Source of the DNA: Planctomycetota bacterium
GTDB taxonomy: Bacteria > Planctomycetota > GCA-002687715 > DRQF01
Assembly: GCA_036479435.1 (NCBI GenBank)
Contig: JAZGFI010000288.1
Coordinates: 1 to 64,000 of the forward strand
DNA length: 64,000 nucleotides
Reading direction: 5' to 3'
Shown here: piece after piece, positions 50,871 to 60,887 of the stretch
How positions within the stretch are numbered: the first letter of the stretch is position 1
Layout of the letters: every line of letters starts with the position of its first letter
The notes under the pieces: model-generated
Told to the model about the DNA's origin: nothing
Databases searched by the model: none
Seen by the model: the letters and a program-made list of their open reading frames with translations, nothing else
Program-made: the position numbers and the translations under genes

Positions 50871-52016
50871 ATGAACCGAATTTCGATCGCTTTCTTGATT
50901 CTCTTGTCCGTCGCGTCGATGACGAGCTGTAGCAGCTTCGGTCGCAAGCTGAATCAGTCTTTGCCGGACTTTCTTCGGTCCAACCCGGGCGAAGACGAAG
51001 TCTTGCGCTACCAGGAGCGGGTTCGCGTCCTGAATCGCAACGAGGCCGATTTGGAAGCCGTTGATAAGGCTTACGAAGCCGCTCAGGCGCTCGAAAAGGA
51101 AGAAGAGTGGGGCGACGCCGCCGAAGCCTACGAGGAGTTCATCAAGAATTTCCCCGACACGCGCCACGACGAAGAGGCACATTTTCGGCTGGTCATGGCT
51201 CACCGCAGGGACGAAGAGGAGTTTGAGTCCTCCCAAGCGCTCAAGAAGTTTCTAAAGCGGTATCCGATTTCTCGACACAACAAAGAGGTCGAGAAACTCA
51301 GCTACGACATGGCGACCGAGTACGTCAACGGCGATCACGATGGATTCTTGTTCGGCAACCGCAACAATGGCGTGGAACTTTTTCGTGAGCAGGTCCTAAA
51401 CTTTCCGAACGGTGTCTACGCTCCCGACGCCTACTGGCGTCTCGGTAATCACTACTACGACAACGACGAGTACTTCGAGGCCGCAGCGGCCTACGACACT
51501 CTCTTGGAACGCTACGGCGATTCGCAGTGGGCCAGTCGCGCGCTCTACAACCGCGCCCTGACGCGGATGACGCAGATAAAGGGCATTGACTACGACCAAC
51601 AGGTCATGGAGCAAGCGGTCGACGACTTTAAGTCCTACCTCCGTAAATATCCCGAAGCTGATCGTCGCGAAGATGCTGCGGTTTATATCGAACAGATTGA
51701 GAACATGATCTGCGAAAAGCAGATCTCAATCGCGAACTGGTACGACGGCAGAGGCTACCCCGGTGCCGCGCGCTACTACCTCGTCAAGGCGAAGCGAGAC
51801 TGGGGCCACACTGAGGCTTCTGCGGCCATCGACGGGCAGCTCGCATCCTTGCCCGACGACGAGGGGATCGAAGTCATCTTGTCGCGCGATTTGCCCACGC
51901 CGCCGTCAACGAGCCAGCCCAGCCTTGATTCCGACGGCATGGAGGACATCCGCGACGAGGTTCCCGGCCCGGTGCTGCTGCCTTCGGCGTCACAACCCGC
52001 GAGCGGGACTCCTTGA
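50871..52016 (+). CDS. bamD: Outer membrane protein assembly factor BamD-like TPR lipoprotein
   Basis: Lipobox MTSC; FIKNFP, FLKRYP, DYDQ---QA---FKSYL-KYP, IANWY------AA--Y; sits between recO and lptE. Confidence 0.8.
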   Translation: MNRISIAFLILLSVASMTSCSSFGRKLNQSLPDFLRSNPGEDEVLRYQERVRVLNRNEADLEAVDKAYEAAQALEKEEEWGDAAEAYEEFIKNFPDTRHDEEAHFRLVMAHRRDEEEFESSQALKKFLKRYPISRHNKEVEKLSYDMATEYVNGDHDGFLFGNRNNGVELFREQVLNFPNGVYAPDAYWRLGNHYYDNDEYFEAAAAYDTLLERYGDSQWASRALYNRALTRMTQIKGIDYDQQVMEQAVDDFKSYLRKYPEADRREDAAVYIEQIENMICEKQISIANWYDGRGYPGAARYYLVKAKRDWGHTEASAAIDGQLASLPDDEGIEVILSRDLPTPPSTSQPSLDSDGMEDIRDEVPGPVLLPSASQPASGTP

Positions 52017-52549
52017 AGCGCTCCTACTTTTCGGCGCTCTTGATTCTTGTCGTTGGCAGCACGGTGGGCTGCGGCTACAGCTCAAAGTCCCTTTTGCCTG
52101 CGGGCGCGACGTCGATTGCGATCGAAATTTTCGAAAACGACACGTTTTATCGTGAGATCGAGTTCGACTTGACGCGCGAGATCGCCAGTGAGTTCCGGCG
52201 CCGCACCCACTATTCGATCGCCTCTCGTAGCCGAGCGGACCTCATCATGACGGGCCGGATTGTTGATGTTCGCCGTCCCACTCTCGTGGAGAGCGACAAC
52301 GATTTTGTCAGCGAGCAAGGGGTGATTGTCAGCGCCGAAGTCGTTCTGACCGATCCCCGCACGGGGCTCATCGTCGAGACTTTTAGAGCATCCCGCCGCA
52401 CCGAGTTTGTCGTAGAACGGGGCGAAAACCTGAACTCTGCCTTTGCGGAGGTGGTCGAGGAACTGGCTGAGCGCATCGTCGATCTACTGGAAAGCGGAAG
52501 TTTTCGCGAATCTCTCCAAGGTCTCCGGGCCGGAGACGAGAATTCCTGA
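52013..52549 (+). CDS. lptE: LPS assembly lipoprotein LptE
   Basis: GCGY lipobox, SIAIEIFENDTF, ADLIMTGRI, LAERIV. Confidence 0.82.
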   Translation: MKRSYFSALLILVVGSTVGCGYSSKSLLPAGATSIAIEIFENDTFYREIEFDLTREIASEFRRRTHYSIASRSRADLIMTGRIVDVRRPTLVESDNDFVSEQGVIVSAEVVLTDPRTGLIVETFRASRRTEFVVERGENLNSAFAEVVEELAERIVDLLESGSFRESLQGLRAGDENS

Positions 52550-52612
52550 TAATAGAACCCGCGGATCGGAAGATTCCGCGTACCAATGGCTTAGGTGTCG
52601 AACGACCCGCGC

Positions 52613-52633
52613 AAAGCGCTCCCATAGCGGAGC
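52613..52633. promoter_or_regulatory. Candidate operator dyad GCTCC-N6-GGAGC, copy 2
   Basis: aaagcgctcccatagcggagc upstream of ftsH. Confidence 0.45.
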
Positions 52634-52808
52634 CATGTGGGCCTTTCCCGTCGCCTTGTGTCATTTTGGAGATCCGACGAGATACGTGTCCGGCGCGATC
52701 TAGTCGATGACTGAATAGAAATGCGCTTTTCCTAGTCAAGCACCAGATGGTGCCGCGCTAGACAAAGCTAAATGGCGCCTCAGGGAATGCGGTGCAAGGG
52801 AGACGGGA

Positions 52809-55238
52809 ATGACTGATTCGAGCCAACAAGACCCCAAAGATCCGCGTCGCGACGAGGGATCAGGGGGTGAAGACCGTCCCCGCAAGGGCCGGAGCTACAC
52901 CGGCTATATCCTCGTCGCCTTGATCTTGATTATCACCTATCTCGTTATCCAGAATTCCATCGGCAAGCCCAAGACGATTACCTTGCCGAACTTCTTCAAC
53001 CTGCTGCTAAGAGGGCGCGTTGAAGGCGTCACGATCGAAAAGAACACCCTCGCCGTCAAGCTCACCGAGAGCGACGCGAAGTCCGGCAAGGCCGCGCGCG
53101 TCAACGTCCCCGAGAGTTTCATCTCGCAGCACGCGCTCGACCTCGAAGAGATGGCCGAAATGGGCCGCGAAGCCGCCGGTCGCGACGAAAAGGGCGTCGA
53201 CGAACTCTACATTCTGTTTGGCCGCGCTCTGGCCAAGGGATCTGAGCCGAACTTTTTGGTTTACAAGCGTTACGTTCTGAGCATCGGCGGGAAAAACAGC
53301 TTACTCGTCAAGATGAGTCGACCCCCTCTGAATGACCTGACGGACTCCACTGCTGGCGGCATCGACGATGTCGAACACACGGGGCTCACGGATTCCTTTC
53401 TGCTTGAGCCGAAGAGCGTCGTCGGCAACGGCGAGAGCTACAATTTGACTTTCAACGATCTGTTGAAGGTCACCAATACGAGCGCCTTCAACTTAGCGCA
53501 TGGTCTGCCTTCTCCGACAGAGGTGACCGTGCCCGTCGTGGTGGGCAAAAAAGGCACCTTCTCTTGGGCTGAGGGCGATGAGCTGTGGCAAAAGCTGCTC
53601 GTGTCCTTGATTCCATGGGTTCTCATTATCGCGTTCTTGTGGTTCTTCGTGTTCCGCCAGATGCGGGGCGGTGGAGTTGGCGGCAACGTCCTTTCCTTTG
53701 GCAAAAGCCGAGCCAAGATCGCCAATCGCGAGACCAGCAAGGTGACTTTTGCGGATGTCGCGGGCATCGACGAGGCCAAGGCCGAAGTCGAGGAGATCGT
53801 GGAGTTCCTTAAGAACCCTCAGCGCTTCGCGAGGCTTGGGGGCCGAACGCCACGCGGTGTGCTTCTCGCCGGTTCACCGGGAACGGGCAAGACCCTGTTG
53901 GCGAAGGCCATCGCGGGCGAAGCCGAAGTCCCCTTCTACAGCATCTCCGGCTCGGACTTTGTGGAGATGTTCGTCGGAGTTGGCGCTTCGCGAGTGCGCG
54001 ACCTCTTCAAGCAGGCGCGTGAGAACTCGCCCTGCATTGTCTTCCTCGACGAGATCGACGCCGTTGGTCGGCGCCGGGGCGCGGGCCTTGGCGGCGGTCA
54101 CGACGAACGCGAGCAAACGCTGAATGCCATCTTGGTTGAAATGGACGGATTCGACACTGACACGGGCATCATCGTCGTGGCAGCGACGAACCGAGTGGAT
54201 GTCCTGGACCCGGCGCTGTTGCGCCCGGGACGTTTCGATCGCCAGATCAACGTCTCCCTGCCCGACGTGCGTGGCCGTGAGGCAATCCTCGGCGTCCACG
54301 TGAAGGGTGTAAAAATGCACCCCAGCGTGAATCTAGAAAAGATCGCGCGCGGCACTCCCGGTTTTAGCGGGGCGGAGCTTGAAGCTCTCGTCAACGAATC
54401 GGCGATTCTCGCCACGATGGCCAAAAAAGACTACGTCTACGAAGAGGATCTCGAAGAGGCGCGGGACCGCATTCGTTGGGGCCGTGCCAAGCGCAGCCGC
54501 ATCATGGATGAGGCCGACCAAAAAATTACGGCCTACCACGAAGCGGGCCACACGATTGCCTCTTGGCTGCTGCCGGACGCAGATCCACTGCACAAAGTCA
54601 CGATCATCCCGCGTGGCCCTTCGCTCGGCGCCACGATGTATTTGCCCGACAAAGACCGCTACAGCATGACGAAGGGGCAGATGGAGACTTTCCTGAAGAT
54701 CTGCTTTGGGGGTCGACTCGCCGAAGAGCTCTTTTGTGGTGACATCACCTCCGGAGCTGCCAACGACATCAAGCAAGCGACGGATTTGGCGCGCCGCATG
54801 GTGCAAGAGTGGGGCATGACGGACAGCGTGGGTCTGATCAGCTACGAAGTCGGTGAAGAGAACCCCTTCCTCGGTCGCGACATCGGTCGTCAACACCGCA
54901 TCAGCGATGCGACGGCGGAGCGGATCGAAATTGAGGTGAGGCGAATCATCTCTGAAGCCTACGAGGCTTGTCGTGAGCTTCTCGTAAACAACAGCGACAA
55001 GCTCGAGCTTTTGGCCGAAGCCCTGCTGGAATATGAAACACTCGACAAAGAAGAGATCGATGGACTCCTGAACGGCGAATCCATCGAAGCAGTTCGTGAG
55101 CGGGCACGGGAGGCTCAGGCCAATCTCGAACGCGAGCGCAAAGAGGCAACACGGCCCCAAGTAACGCCGCGACCGCAGCCAGACCCTGATCCCAACCCCG
55201 ACTTCCCCTCCGGCCTAGCCGGTGAAGGCGCGGGCTAG
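52809..55238 (+). CDS. ftsH: ATP-dependent zinc metalloprotease FtsH
   Basis: Two TMs, [48 protein letters not shown]. Confidence 0.98.
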   Translation: MTDSSQQDPKDPRRDEGSGGEDRPRKGRSYTGYILVALILIITYLVIQNSIGKPKTITLPNFFNLLLRGRVEGVTIEKNTLAVKLTESDAKSGKAARVNVPESFISQHALDLEEMAEMGREAAGRDEKGVDELYILFGRALAKGSEPNFLVYKRYVLSIGGKNSLLVKMSRPPLNDLTDSTAGGIDDVEHTGLTDSFLLEPKSVVGNGESYNLTFNDLLKVTNTSAFNLAHGLPSPTEVTVPVVVGKKGTFSWAEGDELWQKLLVSLIPWVLIIAFLWFFVFRQMRGGGVGGNVLSFGKSRAKIANRETSKVTFADVAGIDEAKAEVEEIVEFLKNPQRFARLGGRTPRGVLLAGSPGTGKTLLAKAIAGEAEVPFYSISGSDFVEMFVGVGASRVRDLFKQARENSPCIVFLDEIDAVGRRRGAGLGGGHDEREQTLNAILVEMDGFDTDTGIIVVAATNRVDVLDPALLRPGRFDRQINVSLPDVRGREAILGVHVKGVKMHPSVNLEKIARGTPGFSGAELEALVNESAILATMAKKDYVYEEDLEEARDRIRWGRAKRSRIMDEADQKITAYHEAGHTIASWLLPDADPLHKVTIIPRGPSLGATMYLPDKDRYSMTKGQMETFLKICFGGRLAEELFCGDITSGAANDIKQATDLARRMVQEWGMTDSVGLISYEVGEENPFLGRDIGRQHRISDATAERIEIEVRRIISEAYEACRELLVNNSDKLELLAEALLEYETLDKEEIDGLLNGESIEAVRERAREAQANLERERKEATRPQVTPRPQPDPDPNPDFPSGLAGEGAG

Positions 55239-55270
55239 TGGGTGGGCGCTTTGGCGACCGTTGTGACTAG

Positions 55271-56146
55271 GTGACCACCGCGCCCGCTGATCCTTGCCCT
55301 GCCCCTTTGGTCACCCGCAAGGGGACGATCGGGCTTAGCGGGCGCACGCGGATCATGGGTGTTTTGAATCTAACGCCGGATTCTTTTTCTGACGGCGATC
55401 GCTTCGCGACGCTGGAGCAGGCGGTTGATTGCGCGCTCCGCATGGAAGATGTGGGTGCCGACTTCATTGATATCGGCGGATTCTCGTCGCGCCCTGGCGC
55501 CGCGGACGTTTCCGAAGATGAAGAGCTGCGGCGAGTCCTCCCCGTGATCAGCGCCCTCGCGGCCCGACTGAGCTGTCCGATATCCGTGGACACCTTTCGG
55601 GCGCGCGTGTTCGCGGAGTGCTTCGAATCCGGTGCCGCCATGTTGAATGACATCAGCGCTTTTCGCGGTGACGAGGCGATGCTCGAGACTTTGGCGAAAA
55701 CCCAAGCCCCCGCGTGCTTGATGCACATGCAGGGCGATCCGCAGTCGATGCAGGAGCGTCCGCACTACGAAGATGTCGTGGCCGAAGTCACCGCCTTCTT
55801 CCAGGAGCGACTTGCGAGCGCCGCCGCCGCCGGCGTATCCGCAGATCGATTGCTTTTGGATCCTGGGATTGGCTTCGGCAAGACTCTTGAGCACAATTTA
55901 TTGCTGCTTCGCGCGGTGCCGGATTTTGCGGCCTTGGGATGCGGATTACTTTACGGCACGTCGCGAAAGAGCTTTCTTGGAAAGATCCTTGGACGTCCTG
56001 ATCCCCGCGAGCGAGAATGGGCCACCGCGGCGACCACCGCTTACTTGTTCGCGGCAGGGGTTCATGTGCTCAGGGTGCATGATGTCGCAGCAAATATCGA
56101 TGTGTTAAATGTTGTCAAGATGATTCATGGAAAGGACTTAGGATGA
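55271..56146 (+). CDS. folP: Dihydropteroate synthase
   Basis: IMGVLNLTPDSFSDG, SRPGA, ISVDT, MHMQG, DPGIGFGK, SRKSF, RVHDV. Confidence 0.97.
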   Translation: MTTAPADPCPAPLVTRKGTIGLSGRTRIMGVLNLTPDSFSDGDRFATLEQAVDCALRMEDVGADFIDIGGFSSRPGAADVSEDEELRRVLPVISALAARLSCPISVDTFRARVFAECFESGAAMLNDISAFRGDEAMLETLAKTQAPACLMHMQGDPQSMQERPHYEDVVAEVTAFFQERLASAAAAGVSADRLLLDPGIGFGKTLEHNLLLLRAVPDFAALGCGLLYGTSRKSFLGKILGRPDPREREWATAATTAYLFAAGVHVLRVHDVAANIDVLNVVKMIHGKDLG

Positions 56147-57045
56147 TCTTACACTACGCAAAGCTACTCTTTGAAGTCCTTCTCGTGGCCCTGGTTTACT
56201 ACGGATTCATCCGGCATTTGCAGCGCACGCGCGGCGGGGGATTGCTCGCGGGCTTCATCGTATTGCTGCTCATGACGATCGGGGGCTTTGCGCTCGTGAT
56301 CGGCCTGCTCGAATTACCGCACCTCCAAAAACTCGCCGACGCCGCCTTACCCGCGCTTTCGATCGCGCTTCTGATCATTTTTCAACCGGAATTGCGTTTG
56401 GCGATCTCGCGCCTGGGGAGCATCAAGCCGCTCCGCATCATGCAGCGCTTTTTCGGTTCCGCAACGCCGCACCATACGTCGCGCGTCGTCGATGCCATCT
56501 TGAATGCCTGCGAGCGCCTTTCGAGAGGCCACACCGGAGCCCTCATCGTGGTGCAGCGCATCGAGGGAATCGAGGGTTTTGCGGTGGGAGGGTGTAAGCT
56601 TGATGCCGAGGTGACGAGCCGGCTGTTGGAGACGATCTTTTTCGACGGCACATCGCTCCACGACGGCGCCGTGATGATCATTGACGGACGCTGCATGTTT
56701 GCCGGTTGCAAACTTCCAGTGTCGGCCTCGAACGCTCAGGTGCGTCAGCGTCGTTTGGGCACGCGGCACTCCGCCGCTCTTGGCATCTCCGAAGAATCCG
56801 ATGCTCTCGTCATTGTGGTGTCCGAGGAGTCAGGGCGCATCTCGATTGCGAAACAGGGAAAGATTGAGATCGGCGTCAGCCTCGATGATCTCCGCCACGA
56901 GATTAGCGAAGGCCTTGAGACGCAATTCAAGCGCCCGAATACGGAACCCAGTCAGAAGATGGATCACGCCGAGTTGCAACCGGCTTTGGCCAACGAGGGC
57001 GAAGCTGACATCAGCCTTGAGTCCAGGGATGAGGACGTGGCCTGA
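56143..57045 (+). CDS. cdaA: Membrane-bound diadenylate cyclase
   Basis: Three N-terminal TMs, IIFQPELR, GALIV, LHDGA, GTRHSAALG, VVSEESG. Confidence 0.92.
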   Translation: MILHYAKLLFEVLLVALVYYGFIRHLQRTRGGGLLAGFIVLLLMTIGGFALVIGLLELPHLQKLADAALPALSIALLIIFQPELRLAISRLGSIKPLRIMQRFFGSATPHHTSRVVDAILNACERLSRGHTGALIVVQRIEGIEGFAVGGCKLDAEVTSRLLETIFFDGTSLHDGAVMIIDGRCMFAGCKLPVSASNAQVRQRRLGTRHSAALGISEESDALVIVVSEESGRISIAKQGKIEIGVSLDDLRHEISEGLETQFKRPNTEPSQKMDHAELQPALANEGEADISLESRDEDVA

Positions 57046-58241
57046 TGAGCTTCTTAAGATCGCTGTTCACCGCGAACTTGCTGGCGAAGTTTTTCTCCTT
57101 CGCTGGCCTGATAAAGTTCTTTAGATCGCTCTTCACCGAGCACCTGTTGGCGAAGTTCTTCGCCCTCGTGTTTGCCGCCGCGACGATCTACCTCGTCGAC
57201 CGTGAGCTGCGGATCGAATGGTACGACGTCTCGATGGACATCGTAACCGGCGATGAGTCACGCGAGGGGAGCAGCCCCTATGTTGTTCTGCGGACGGCTC
57301 CCAATATTTGGGTCCACCCGGACGATCTTGAAAAGACGATTCGCCTGACGATTGAAGGGCCGGAGAAAAACCTTGCCGTTTTCCGACGGAATCCCGCAGT
57401 CCAGTTGAATATCCTCGACAGTTGGGCGAAGAAAGGTGGCAGCGGTGAGACCAAGCATGTTCTCGTCGACGCCGACTTCAGCCTGCCTCGCTTTCCCGGG
57501 GTTGAGATAAGTGTCGAATCGGATGTGGTTATCCGAGTGGATCGCTTCGTCGAAGTTGAGAATGTTCGCGTCGAATACGCGCAAACTCCAAAACTCCTTT
57601 CGGTTGGGATTCTATTCGACCCTAGTCTTACGAAGATCGAACCATCGCACCTTAGTGTTCGAGGGCCAAGACAATACGTCAGCGGCCTTGGCGGCGAACT
57701 CGGCGCAGCTCTCCCCTTGAGACTCGCCTTGGGTGACAAGGCTCAATACCGTCCCGGTTCTAGCTACGACGCACTACCGGCGGATGGATTTAGCCGGAAC
57801 CAAGTGACCTTTTCGAATCGCGATTTCGTGAAAGTTACCCTCGGCGCACGAACCGATGAGATCGTTTCTTTGGTGCTCGGCGCTTTTGATGTGACCTTGG
57901 CCCTCGACTATCCGAGCTACGAAGCGATTCAGGACAAGAAAGTGCTATTGGCGATCGAGGCGCAGTTGTCGCAAAAAGTCAAAGTGACACTCGAAGGGCC
58001 AAAGTCTCGCGTGAGCCCCTACCAAAGTTTGGAAGCCCAGAAGCGGTTGAGGAAGCGACTGCGTGTCATCGTAGATCCGACTTCTTTCGTCAATGACGTC
58101 GCCGGTGGTTTGACCCCGCCAACGCAACTCGACGTGCGACTTATCGCCATTGATGGCCTTCTTCCGGAAGGGCTGAGGGTCAAGGAACTCGATCCCAATC
58201 CGATTTCGATCACGATCAAAAAACAGACGACACAACACTAG
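57045..58241 (+). CDS. cdaR: CdaR/YbbR-like regulator
   Basis: Between cdaA and glmM; LLAKFFALVFA TM; IEPSHLSVRGP, VKVTLEGP, LPEGLRV----P--ISITI YbbR-like patterns. Confidence 0.7.
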   Translation: MSFLRSLFTANLLAKFFSFAGLIKFFRSLFTEHLLAKFFALVFAAATIYLVDRELRIEWYDVSMDIVTGDESREGSSPYVVLRTAPNIWVHPDDLEKTIRLTIEGPEKNLAVFRRNPAVQLNILDSWAKKGGSGETKHVLVDADFSLPRFPGVEISVESDVVIRVDRFVEVENVRVEYAQTPKLLSVGILFDPSLTKIEPSHLSVRGPRQYVSGLGGELGAALPLRLALGDKAQYRPGSSYDALPADGFSRNQVTFSNRDFVKVTLGARTDEIVSLVLGAFDVTLALDYPSYEAIQDKKVLLAIEAQLSQKVKVTLEGPKSRVSPYQSLEAQKRLRKRLRVIVDPTSFVNDVAGGLTPPTQLDVRLIAIDGLLPEGLRVKELDPNPISITIKKQTTQH

Positions 58242-58255
58242 CGAGTCATCAAGCC

Positions 58256-59623
58256 GTGCATCAACGACGTTACTTTGGAACTGACGGCATTCGCGATCTT
58301 GCGAATGCCGGAAATCTCACTCCGGACAAAGTTCTACAGATCGGCCATGCCATGGGCCGCCTTGTCAGGGAGAAGTGTCCAGGGCCCTCAAAGCCGATCG
58401 TCGGCATGGTCCGCGACACGCGCCTGTCGGGTCCGATGATCGGGCGCATCCTCTCAGGCGCTCTCATGGCCCACGGCGTCGACGTGTATGACGCGGGAAT
58501 GTTGCCGACACCTGCGGTTGCCTATCTGGTGCGCCGCGAGCAATGGGAACTCGGAATCGTCATTTCGGCCTCTCACAACCCAATGCCCGACAACGGCATC
58601 AAGCTCTTCGGTACTAACGGCCGCAAGCTATCCGATGATCTTGAACTTGAGATCGAGCGCTACATCGATCAAGCCGCGAGCCGTGATGTCTCGGTTACCG
58701 GTGCAGACGTTGGTCGGTTGACGCCCTTTCGCGAGGGTGAACAACTCTACATGGATGCCATGTGCCAGGAGTACTTTGGTGATCTCGACCTCAACGGCAT
58801 GAAGATTGTCATCGACTGCGCCAACGGGTCAGGTAGTCGTGTGGCGCCGAGGATTCTCGCGGCGCTCGGCGCGGAAGTCACTCAGGTCAATGACAAGCCG
58901 GACGGCCTTAACATCAACGACAATGCCGGCGTGTTCGCGATTGGGGCTTTGGCGCCGATCATTGCCGCCGAAGGTGCAGATCTTGGCCTCGCTCTCGACG
59001 GCGATGGCGACCGCGTCATCATGATGGACGAAAAGGGCCGCACTCTCGACGGCGACGACATCCTCGCGATGTTGGCGCGAGGTTTTTCCGCGGACACTCC
59101 TAAGGAAGAGCGCCAGATCGTCGCTACAGTCATGAGCAACATGGGGCTTAAGATCATGGCGGCGGAGCATGGGATTGCCTTGCATGAAACTGCTGTCGGT
59201 GACCGTTATGTCGCAGAGAAAATGCTTCAAACCAAAGCGAAGATCGGCGGCGAACAAAGTGGGCACATCATCTTCGAAGAGGATGGTGTTTGGTTCGGCG
59301 ACGGCTTGTATTCGGCCTTGCGCGTCGTGAGGGCCATGAAAAAAGAAGGCATTCCCTTGTCAAAGCTCGGCGACGCGATGGAGCACTTCCCTCAAGTGCT
59401 CATTAACGTTGAGGTGAGCGAGAAACCGCCGATCTCCGAAATTCTCCCACTTCAAAATGCTCTCCGCAAATACCAACTTCAGCTTGGGGATGCGGGCCGT
59501 ATCTTGGTGCGTTACTCCGGAACTGAGAAACTTGCGCGGGTCATGGTCGAGGGCCGTGAACAAGCGGAAATTCACGCGATTGCCGAGGACCTAGTTGCCG
59601 TGCTGAAGACTGAAATCGGATAG
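58256..59623 (+). CDS. glmM: Phosphoglucosamine mutase
   Basis: YFGTDGIR, DTRLSG, ISASHNP, DGDGDR, GGEQSGH, RYSGTE. Confidence 0.97.
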   Translation: MHQRRYFGTDGIRDLANAGNLTPDKVLQIGHAMGRLVREKCPGPSKPIVGMVRDTRLSGPMIGRILSGALMAHGVDVYDAGMLPTPAVAYLVRREQWELGIVISASHNPMPDNGIKLFGTNGRKLSDDLELEIERYIDQAASRDVSVTGADVGRLTPFREGEQLYMDAMCQEYFGDLDLNGMKIVIDCANGSGSRVAPRILAALGAEVTQVNDKPDGLNINDNAGVFAIGALAPIIAAEGADLGLALDGDGDRVIMMDEKGRTLDGDDILAMLARGFSADTPKEERQIVATVMSNMGLKIMAAEHGIALHETAVGDRYVAEKMLQTKAKIGGEQSGHIIFEEDGVWFGDGLYSALRVVRAMKKEGIPLSKLGDAMEHFPQVLINVEVSEKPPISEILPLQNALRKYQLQLGDAGRILVRYSGTEKLARVMVEGREQAEIHAIAEDLVAVLKTEIG

Positions 59624-59637
59624 GGGGCGTCTTCTTC

Positions 59638-60852
59638 ATGTCTACAAGACGTTTGGACATGCGCACCTGGGCTGAGATCGATCTTGATGTCGTCCAACGG
59701 AACGCGGCCAGAATCCGCGAACGCCGGCCTCACCACGACTTGATTGGAGTTCTCAAGGCCGATGCCTACGGGCATGGCGCAGCAGCTCTCGCCGAAGCGG
59801 TCGTGGGAGCGGGAGCCACCATGCTCGGCGTCGGCGACTCGCGGGAGGCTCTCGAACTTATTCTGGCCGGCGTCAAAGTCCCGGTGATCATCCTCGGTGC
59901 CATTATCGACGGCGAGATGCCCGCCGTCATTCGCCACGACATTCGCACCACGATTCACTCGATGAATCGCGTCGAGCAGCTAGAGCGAGAGGCTGACCGG
60001 CAAGAGCGCCAACATTCGGTTCACATCAAAGTTGATACGGGCATGGGGCGACTGGGGATGATGCCCGAGCGAGCGGTAGATGTCGCGCGCCGCATCGCCC
60101 AATCAAGTTCCCTCCTCCTGGAAGGTTTGTCGACTCATCTCGCCAACAGCAATTTGGATGTCACCGAAAAATCGCAGCGTCAGCTGCGGGTTTTTCAAGA
60201 AGTTCACGACGCGGTTGTCGCCGAGCTTGGTCCGATCCCGGTGGTTCACGCGATGAATACGGCCGCGGCTTGGAATCTTGATGTCGTGGACGAAGTCGGA
60301 AACGCGCTCCGCGTCGGGGCAGCGCTCTACGGGATTCCGGGCCCGACCCTCCAGCCCTATCCCTTTGAACCCGCGATGACGCTCAAAAGCCAGATCATCT
60401 TCATGAAGGATGTCCCGGCGGGAACCTCAGTGGGCTACAACGGCACCTGGGTCGCAGAACGCCGTTCGCGCCTGGCGACGTTGCCCCTTGGTTTTAACGA
60501 CGGGCTGCCACCATCGTCGAGCGTTGACGGCTTCGTGTTGGTGCGGGGCCAACGGGCGCCGGTGCGAGGCGCGGTCTCCATGGACTACACCACCGTTGAT
60601 GTCACAGACATCGAGGGTGCCGCAGTTGGCGACGAAGCTTTGGTTTTCGGGCGCGGACAGAAGAACTTGGATGCCGATGGGCCAGCTCAAGAAAGCGAAT
60701 TGCCCCTGCGGGATGTGGCTGAGAGAGTCGGTTCATCGCCCTACGCGATGACTTGCGGCGTTGGCAAACGCGTGCACCGTCTGTACTTCGGTCAACGATC
60801 TGAGAATGAGATCAAAAAGATGACTTTGGAAGAGAGTCAAGGGCACCCATAA
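59638..60852 (+). CDS. alr: Alanine racemase
   Basis: AEIDL, KADAYGHG (PLP Lys), HIKVDTGMGRLG, VGY (catalytic Tyr), VSMD. Confidence 0.93.
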   Translation: MSTRRLDMRTWAEIDLDVVQRNAARIRERRPHHDLIGVLKADAYGHGAAALAEAVVGAGATMLGVGDSREALELILAGVKVPVIILGAIIDGEMPAVIRHDIRTTIHSMNRVEQLEREADRQERQHSVHIKVDTGMGRLGMMPERAVDVARRIAQSSSLLLEGLSTHLANSNLDVTEKSQRQLRVFQEVHDAVVAELGPIPVVHAMNTAAAWNLDVVDEVGNALRVGAALYGIPGPTLQPYPFEPAMTLKSQIIFMKDVPAGTSVGYNGTWVAERRSRLATLPLGFNDGLPPSSSVDGFVLVRGQRAPVRGAVSMDYTTVDVTDIEGAAVGDEALVFGRGQKNLDADGPAQESELPLRDVAERVGSSPYAMTCGVGKRVHRLYFGQRSENEIKKMTLEESQGHP

Positions 60853-60887
60853 TCGGGGCCAGAGCCTTTTGAGCCGCGGAGCTATAT

